A DNA stretch of 64,000 nucleotides, from the NCBI GenBank assembly GCA_963665145.1, contig OY762064.1, positions 2,790,382 through 2,854,381 of the forward strand. Direction: 5' to 3'. The position numbers were made by a program, and so were the translations under genes. This document shows, in pieces, positions 58,309 to 64,000 of the stretch. The stretch comes from Gammaproteobacteria bacterium. Its GTDB lineage: Bacteria; Pseudomonadota; Gammaproteobacteria; Steroidobacterales; Foliamicaceae. Position 1 is the first letter of the stretch; each line of letters starts with the position of its first letter. Below the pieces are notes generated by a model. The model ran no database searches and was not told the origin of the DNA. It saw only the letters and a list, made by a program, of their open reading frames with translations.

Positions 58309-59376
58309 ATGGATATGGGTCAGACCCTTCAGCGTAATTCCTTGTTGGTCCTGGTCGGCGCGGTCAGCGTGGCCTTCGTGCTGCTGCTGGTCGATCTACT
58401 CCTGGCAGTGTTCTGGGCCGCCGTTCTGGCGATCCTGTTCCATGGCCTGTACCGGCGCCTGGAGCCACGCCTTTGGGGCAAGCCCTGGGTGGCGGCCGCC
58501 GCGGTAGTCTTGATAGTGCTGGCCGGGGTAGTGGCGCCCGTGTTGCTGCTGGGCTGGGCTGTGGTGCGCGAAGCAACCATGTTCTATGCCGCGGTCGAGC
58601 AGGGAACCCTGGATCCCGCTGCACCGCTGGAAACGGTCAGTGCCTGGGTGCCCTGGGCCCGGGAAATGCTGGAGAGCCTGGGCTTGAGTTTCGACCAGAT
58701 CCGGTCCGGCCTCACCTCGTTGCTCGCCAATGCCAGTCGCTTCGCGGCTACCGGCCTGGTGGCAGCCGGGCAGGGCGCGCTCAAGCTGATTCTGCAACTG
58801 GCGATCATGCTGTACCTGCTGTTTTTCTTTCTTCGCGACGGGGAGAAACTGGTTGCAATGCTGGTGCGCATCCTGCCCCTGGGCGATGAGCGCGAGTACC
58901 AGTTACTGGGTCAGTTCGCAACCGTCTCCCGGGTGAGTGTTACTTCGACGGCAGTCATCGGCGTGGTGCAGGGTGGCCTGGGCGGCGTTACGCTGGCCCT
59001 GCTGGGCATCGGCAGCCCGGTCCTGCTGGGGGTCCTGATGGGCGTGCTGTCGATCGTTCCGGCGGTCGGTCCGGCACTGGTGTGGGCGCCGGTCGCGATC
59101 TGGCTGTTTGCATCCGGCGCCTGGGTGAAGGGCCTGATTCTGGTCGTTGTGGGCGTGCTCGTGGTGGGTATGGCCGACAATCTACTGCGGCCGATGCTGG
59201 TCGGCCGAACCGCGAAGTTGCCGGATTACTTGGTCCTGCTCGCCACCCTGGGCGGCCTGTCGGTGTTCGGGTTCTCCGGGCTCGTCATCGGTCCGGTGCT
59301 GGCGGCCCTGTTTATCGTTTCCTGGCGGCTGTTCGAAGAAGAATTCTCTCCGGCGGAAACCCGGGATGAGCCGTGA
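58309..59376 (+). CDS. AI-2E family transporter
   Basis: FFFLRDG, QGGLGG, PAVG, DNLLRP and GGL..FG..GLVIGP motifs. Confidence 0.9.
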   Translation: MDMGQTLQRNSLLVLVGAVSVAFVLLLVDLLLAVFWAAVLAILFHGLYRRLEPRLWGKPWVAAAAVVLIVLAGVVAPVLLLGWAVVREATMFYAAVEQGTLDPAAPLETVSAWVPWAREMLESLGLSFDQIRSGLTSLLANASRFAATGLVAAGQGALKLILQLAIMLYLLFFFLRDGEKLVAMLVRILPLGDEREYQLLGQFATVSRVSVTSTAVIGVVQGGLGGVTLALLGIGSPVLLGVLMGVLSIVPAVGPALVWAPVAIWLFASGAWVKGLILVVVGVLVVGMADNLLRPMLVGRTAKLPDYLVLLATLGGLSVFGFSGLVIGPVLAALFIVSWRLFEEEFSPAETRDEP

Positions 59377-60779
59377 ATACGCTGACCCTTTCTCAAGAGC
59401 TCGCTTTCATCGTGGGCGAGCGGCACTGCGTTGCCGACCCGGAAGTCCTCCAGCCGTTTCTTGAGGAACCGCGCGGGCGATATCGCGGAGAATCGCAACT
59501 GCTGGTTGCTCCGTCCAGCGCGCAGGAAACGGGCGAAGTCCTGGCCTGCTGCAACCGGCGTGGCGTGGGCGTGGTTCCGGTAGGGGGAATTACGGGGCTG
59601 TGCGGCGGCACGCATACCCGATCGGGCGAGGTACTGCTCAGTATGCATCGGCAGCGGGAGGTCCGCCGTATTGGCACCGGCAGCCTTACCGCCGAGGCCG
59701 GCTGCGTGCTTGCCAGCCTCCAGCAGAGCGCCAGGGAAGCGGGTTGCCTGTTCCCGCTGAGCCTGGGTTCCGAGGGCAGTTGCCAGCTCGGAGGCGTGTT
59801 GTCCACCAACGCCGGCGGAATTCATGTGCTGCGCTACGGCATGGCCCGGGACCTGGTGCTCGGGTTGGAGGTGGCGCTGGCCGACGGCCGGCTCCTTTCC
59901 GATCTCAAGCCGCTGGCCAAGGACAACACGGGATACGACGTGAAGCAGTTTTTCATCGGCGCCGAGGGCACGCTGGGGGTAATCACGGCGGCTACCGTGC
60001 GTCTATATCCCGAGCCACGGAGCCGGGTAACGGCGCTGCTGGGTGTGGAATCGCCCGCCCGCGCCGTGGCCGTATGCCGCAGTGCCCAGTCGGCTCTGGG
60101 CAGCGAACTCAATGCCATTGAAATACTCTCACGCGCCGCCGCCCGCTTGTGCGAGGAGCAACTTGAGGGAATTCGCGTCCCGCCCGAGCTGGACGCGCCG
60201 TGGTTGCTGTGCATGGAAACGGCGGGCGCCGGTGACGAGTCAGAGCTGATGAACCGGACGGTTGAGTTCCTGGACAAGGCGCAGGAACAGGATTTGCTGC
60301 TGGGCGCCGTTTGCGCCGTCAGCGAGGCGCAGCGCGAGGCCATCTGGAGGCTTCGTCATGGGGTGCCCGAAGCGGTCCGCCGGCGGGGTCCAGCCCTGCG
60401 CCACGATCTGGCGGTCCCGCCGGAGAAGATTAATGAATTCCTTGAGTTTGCTGCTGCGATCTGTCGCAAGTACCTGCCGCAAGCCGAACCGGTACCCTTC
60501 GGCCACGTGGGCGACGGCAATCTGCACTATTCCGTGCCATGCCCCGCCGGTATGAGCGCGGAACAATTCGCTGCGCAAGGCCGGCGGCTCAGCGCTGCGC
60601 TGCGTGAACTGGCCTGGTCGATGCAGGGCAGCTTTAGTGCCGAGCACGGCATTGGAAGGCTTCTGAAGGACGAACTGGAGCGGCTGGGCGATCCCGTGAA
60701 GCTGGACGTGATGCGCGCGGTCAAACGGGCGCTGGATCCGCGCGGCATCATGAATCCGGGCAAGGTGGTGACGGCATGA
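59373..60779 (+). CDS. FAD-binding oxidoreductase (D-2-hydroxyacid dehydrogenase-like)
   Basis: GGITGLCGG, STNAGG, KDNTGYD, GAEGTLG, GHVGDGNLH, SAEHGIG and MNPGK motifs. Confidence 0.88.
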   Translation: MNTLTLSQELAFIVGERHCVADPEVLQPFLEEPRGRYRGESQLLVAPSSAQETGEVLACCNRRGVGVVPVGGITGLCGGTHTRSGEVLLSMHRQREVRRIGTGSLTAEAGCVLASLQQSAREAGCLFPLSLGSEGSCQLGGVLSTNAGGIHVLRYGMARDLVLGLEVALADGRLLSDLKPLAKDNTGYDVKQFFIGAEGTLGVITAATVRLYPEPRSRVTALLGVESPARAVAVCRSAQSALGSELNAIEILSRAAARLCEEQLEGIRVPPELDAPWLLCMETAGAGDESELMNRTVEFLDKAQEQDLLLGAVCAVSEAQREAIWRLRHGVPEAVRRRGPALRHDLAVPPEKINEFLEFAAAICRKYLPQAEPVPFGHVGDGNLHYSVPCPAGMSAEQFAAQGRRLSAALRELAWSMQGSFSAEHGIGRLLKDELERLGDPVKLDVMRAVKRALDPRGIMNPGKVVTA

Positions 60780-63361
60780 GCGGCTGGGTGGTTCTCAAGT
60801 TTGGCGGCGCCAGCGTGGCAACGGCCGACGGCTGGGACACGATTGCCCGCCTGGTGCAAAGCTGCCTGCAGCAGGGTCAGAGGCCAATCGTCGTGCATTC
60901 GGCCATGGTCGGCGTGACTGATGAGCTGGAAGCCTTGATTAAACTGGCGCGCACCAACCAACATGGTGAAGGCGAATTGACGCTGGCCGAAAGGCACCGT
61001 CAACTGGCCAGGGACCTGGAGATTTCCGACCCGGAAGGCTGCCTGGATTCCGAATTGGAGAACCTTGGGCAATTGTTGCGGGGCATCGCCCTGACCGGCG
61101 AAGCGGGTTACCGCGCACGGGTCAAGGTGCTGGCGCTGGGAGAGCGGCTGGCCGGGCGACTGGGGGCTGCAGCGCTCACGGGTAAAGGGATCGAGGTTTC
61201 CGCGGTGAATCCCGCGAAATTGCTGCGGGCCGAGGAACGGGAGTGGGCTGGCGAACGCGATGCGACGCTGAACGCGGCTTGCGCTCATCAACCGAATGCC
61301 GAGGCGGCGGAACTGCTTGAGAGCCTGCGGGGAGTGCCGCTGACGCAGGGTTATATCGCGCGCAACGCCGAGGGTGAGGAGGTGTTGCTGGGGAGGGGCG
61401 GCTCCGATGTGTCCGCCGCCGCACTGGCAGCTTCGATAGGGGCCGATCGACTGGAAGTCTGGACCGATGTGCCCGGCGTGTTCAGCGCCGACCCCAGGGC
61501 GATCAGCGGCGCGCGGCTTCTCACGAGGCTCAGCTACGCCGAGGCGCAGGAAATCGCCACTTCGGGAGGCGGCGTGCTTCATCCCATGTCCATCCCGCCG
61601 CTGCGCGACAGCGGCATCAGCCTGACCGTCCGGTCGACGCTGCACCCGGAATTGCCGGGCACTCAAATTGGCCCGGCGGAAGAGTCCGACAGCGCCCGGG
61701 TCAAGGCGGTCATGCTGAGGAGCGGCATTCCCCTTGTATCGCTCGAAACGCTGGGCATGTGGCGGCGTGTCGGATCGTTGCAGGAGATTTTCACCTGCCT
61801 GGCGGGGCTGGGCCTGTCGGTGGACCTGGTGTCGACATCCGAGAGCAATGTGACCGTTACGCTGGACAGCGACGCCGATGTACTCACTCCTGCATTGATG
61901 ACCCGGCTTCGTTCGGAGCTGGGGCGCATCGGGCAGGTCCGGATCACTACCAATACCAGCGTGGTTACTCTGGTGGGCAGGCGCATTCGTGCCGTATTGC
62001 ATGAAGTGGGCCCGGCGCTGGAAGCGTTTCGCGAACAGCCCATACACCTGGTGAGCCAGGCCGCCAGCGATCTCAATATCAGCTTCGTGGTGGATCCGGA
62101 CCAGGCCCGCCGGCTCGCGCAGCAACTGCATGGGCGCCTGATTGCGCCGGAGGAGGGCGACGAGGTGTTCGGTCCGGCCTGGGAGGAACTCACCCGCCAG
62201 GCGCCGCTTGCCCGAGCTGGACTCGAAGCGCCCTGGTGGGTCGAACGCCGGGGCGAACTGCTGAAACTAGCCGAAGAGCAGGGCGCGGTTTACGTATACA
62301 GCCTGGGCCGCGTGGCCGCTGCTGCCGGCCGCCTGAAGGCCCTGGACTCGATTGACCGGATCTATTACGCGCTCAAGGCCAATTCGCATCCTGGCGTGAT
62401 CAAGCAGGTGCATCAGAGCGGACTGGAGTTCGAGTGCGTTTCTCCGGGAGAAGTACGGTTGCTTGGCGAACTGCTCCCGCAACATGATCCAGGGCGCATT
62501 CTGTTCACGCCCAATTTTGCGCCGCGTTCCGAGTATCGGGAGATGCTGGCAGCCGGAGTGCAGCTTACGGTCGACAACGTCAATGTCCTGCTCGATTGGC
62601 CGGACCTGTTCAAGGAGCGGCAGATCTTTCTTCGTGTGGATCCGGGCGTGGGGCGTGGGCTACACCGGCATGTTCGCACAGCCGGCGTGCATTCAAAGTT
62701 CGGTATTCCGCTCTTCGAGGTTCAGCGCGCGGCGGAGGCCGCCGCCGATGCCGGCGCCCGCGTGACGGGCCTGCACGCGCACATGGGTAGCGGCGTCATG
62801 GATCCGGACGCCTGGGCCCCGATCGCGCAGACGCTGCTGGAGTGTGTCGATCTTTTTCCGGATGCGCGAGTGCTGAATCTCGGCGGAGGCCTGGGAGTGC
62901 CCCAGCAGGGCGGAGAGCATGGTCTGGACATGGCGGCGCTGGATGCAAGCCTGGGAGAATTCCGGGGGAGAGTTCCGCGCAAGCTTGAGTTCTGGCTCGA
63001 ACCGGGCCGCTACGTGGTGGCCGAGGCCGGTGTGTTGCTGGCACGGGTAACTCAGGTAAAAGGCAAGAGAGGCGCCCGCTACGTGGGCGTGGAGACCGGG
63101 ATGAACTCACTGATTCGCCCCGCGCTTTATGGTTCCTATCATGAGGTCCACAATCTCACGCGGCTTGATGAGCCGGCCACCCGCCTGGTTAGCGTGGTGG
63201 GACCGATCTGCGAAAGTGGAGACGTTCTGGCGCGCGACCGCATGCTTCCCGATTGCCGCGAGGGCGATGTCCTGCTGTTTGCCAACGCGGGCGCCTACGG
63301 CCGGGTGATGGCTTCGGGTTACAACCTGAGGGAACCGGCGACAGAGGAGGTGATTGAGTGA
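60776..63361 (+). CDS. Bifunctional aspartate kinase/diaminopimelate decarboxylase
   Basis: KFGGAS, LGRGGSD and ACT region, followed by YALKAN, SKFG, HAHMGS, EPGR, GPICESGD and GAYG. Confidence 0.93.
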   Translation: MSGWVVLKFGGASVATADGWDTIARLVQSCLQQGQRPIVVHSAMVGVTDELEALIKLARTNQHGEGELTLAERHRQLARDLEISDPEGCLDSELENLGQLLRGIALTGEAGYRARVKVLALGERLAGRLGAAALTGKGIEVSAVNPAKLLRAEEREWAGERDATLNAACAHQPNAEAAELLESLRGVPLTQGYIARNAEGEEVLLGRGGSDVSAAALAASIGADRLEVWTDVPGVFSADPRAISGARLLTRLSYAEAQEIATSGGGVLHPMSIPPLRDSGISLTVRSTLHPELPGTQIGPAEESDSARVKAVMLRSGIPLVSLETLGMWRRVGSLQEIFTCLAGLGLSVDLVSTSESNVTVTLDSDADVLTPALMTRLRSELGRIGQVRITTNTSVVTLVGRRIRAVLHEVGPALEAFREQPIHLVSQAASDLNISFVVDPDQARRLAQQLHGRLIAPEEGDEVFGPAWEELTRQAPLARAGLEAPWWVERRGELLKLAEEQGAVYVYSLGRVAAAAGRLKALDSIDRIYYALKANSHPGVIKQVHQSGLEFECVSPGEVRLLGELLPQHDPGRILFTPNFAPRSEYREMLAAGVQLTVDNVNVLLDWPDLFKERQIFLRVDPGVGRGLHRHVRTAGVHSKFGIPLFEVQRAAEAAADAGARVTGLHAHMGSGVMDPDAWAPIAQTLLECVDLFPDARVLNLGGGLGVPQQGGEHGLDMAALDASLGEFRGRVPRKLEFWLEPGRYVVAEAGVLLARVTQVKGKRGARYVGVETGMNSLIRPALYGSYHEVHNLTRLDEPATRLVSVVGPICESGDVLARDRMLPDCREGDVLLFANAGAYGRVMASGYNLREPATEEVIE

Positions 63362-63666
63362 GTGAGAATGACAGGGGCAGGGAAGGCTCAGCGGACTTTC
63401 TGCTTGAGTTGGAAGCAGTCATTCGGGCGCGGACCCAGGCCGCTCCCGAGGACAGCTATACGGCACGCCTTTTGGGCGAGGGGATTCAGCGCGTTGCGCA
63501 GAAATTCGGAGAGGAAGCCGTAGAGCTTGCGCTGGCGGCCGCCTCCGGCGAGCGCAATGCCATCCGCGCCGAGGCCGCCGACGTGATCTACCACTTCCTG
63601 GTTCTGCTCGAAGGAACGGGCGTAACGCTGGCCGACGTGCTCGACGAATTACGTTCCCGACGCTGA
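63358..63666 (+). CDS. hisE: Phosphoribosyl-ATP diphosphatase
   Basis: SYTARL...QKFGEEAVE...EAADVIYH motif. Confidence 0.92.
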   Translation: MSENDRGREGSADFLLELEAVIRARTQAAPEDSYTARLLGEGIQRVAQKFGEEAVELALAAASGERNAIRAEAADVIYHFLVLLEGTGVTLADVLDELRSRR

Positions 63667-63709
63667 TTGCCCTCGTCCCCGGGGTCAGGTTTGCGCTATC
63701 GTTTTGATC

Positions 63710-64000
63710 ATGGACGCCCGCATAGAACGATTACTGTCCAGCGTTATGGACCCGGAAATCCCGGTGCTTTCAGTGCTGGACCTTGGCGTGGTGCGCCGGG
63801 TGGAAGCCAGGGGCCTTGAAATCGAGGTGGATGTCTCGCCTACCTACACCGCCTGCCCGGCCAACGCCGTAATCGAACGCCGGATTCGAGCGGCTCTCGA
63901 GGATGCCGGGTACTCGGTTCGGATTCGCCAGGTATTGGCGCCACCCTGGACTACGGACTGGATATCGGAAAAGGGCCGGGAACGGCTCCGGAAAGCCGGT
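63710..64000 (+). CDS. paaD: PaaD-like phenylacetyl-CoA epoxidase maturation subunit (partial)
   Basis: Manual translation: MDARIERLLSSVMDPEIPVLSVLDLGVVR...SPTYTACPA...PPWTTDWISEKGRERL. Runs off the window. Confidence 0.8.
   Translation, partial: MDARIERLLSSVMDPEIPVLSVLDLGVVRRVEARGLEIEVDVSPTYTACPANAVIERRIRAALEDAGYSVRIRQVLAPPWTTDWISEKGRERLRKAG

Overview
GC-rich proteobacterial chromosome segment, most likely from a gammaproteobacterium (thrS-infC-rpmI-rplT-pheS-pheT-ihfA-merR-tRNA-Pro order, LysC-LysA fusion). Bases 1-51 kb are accessory catabolic and transport DNA. In order: two TonB-dependent receptors and moeA; an uncharacterised locus (HyuA/HyuB-type ATP-dependent lactamase, two MmgE/PrpD proteins, a divergent YrdC/TsaC-like protein, a TBDR, two MFS transporters, a VOC protein and an amidase); an aga/GalNAc operon with an AgaS-ROK kinase fusion and a frameshifted permease; a form II cox-like molybdo-hydroxylase operon; gdhA; three serine hydrolases with a cytochrome c fusion split by an in-frame TAG; and an iad-like (indole-acetate/isatin) Rieske oxygenase operon whose alpha and beta genes are separated by a Prc/Tsp protease gene. 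Bases 51-64 kb are core genes. These include an apparently mosaic, leaderless thrS and a PheT lacking its B2 domain. A small REP-like palindrome family recurs in intergenic gaps. No CRISPR array, rRNA, integrase or transposase was seen. All family assignments come from motif recognition by eye, not from database searches.
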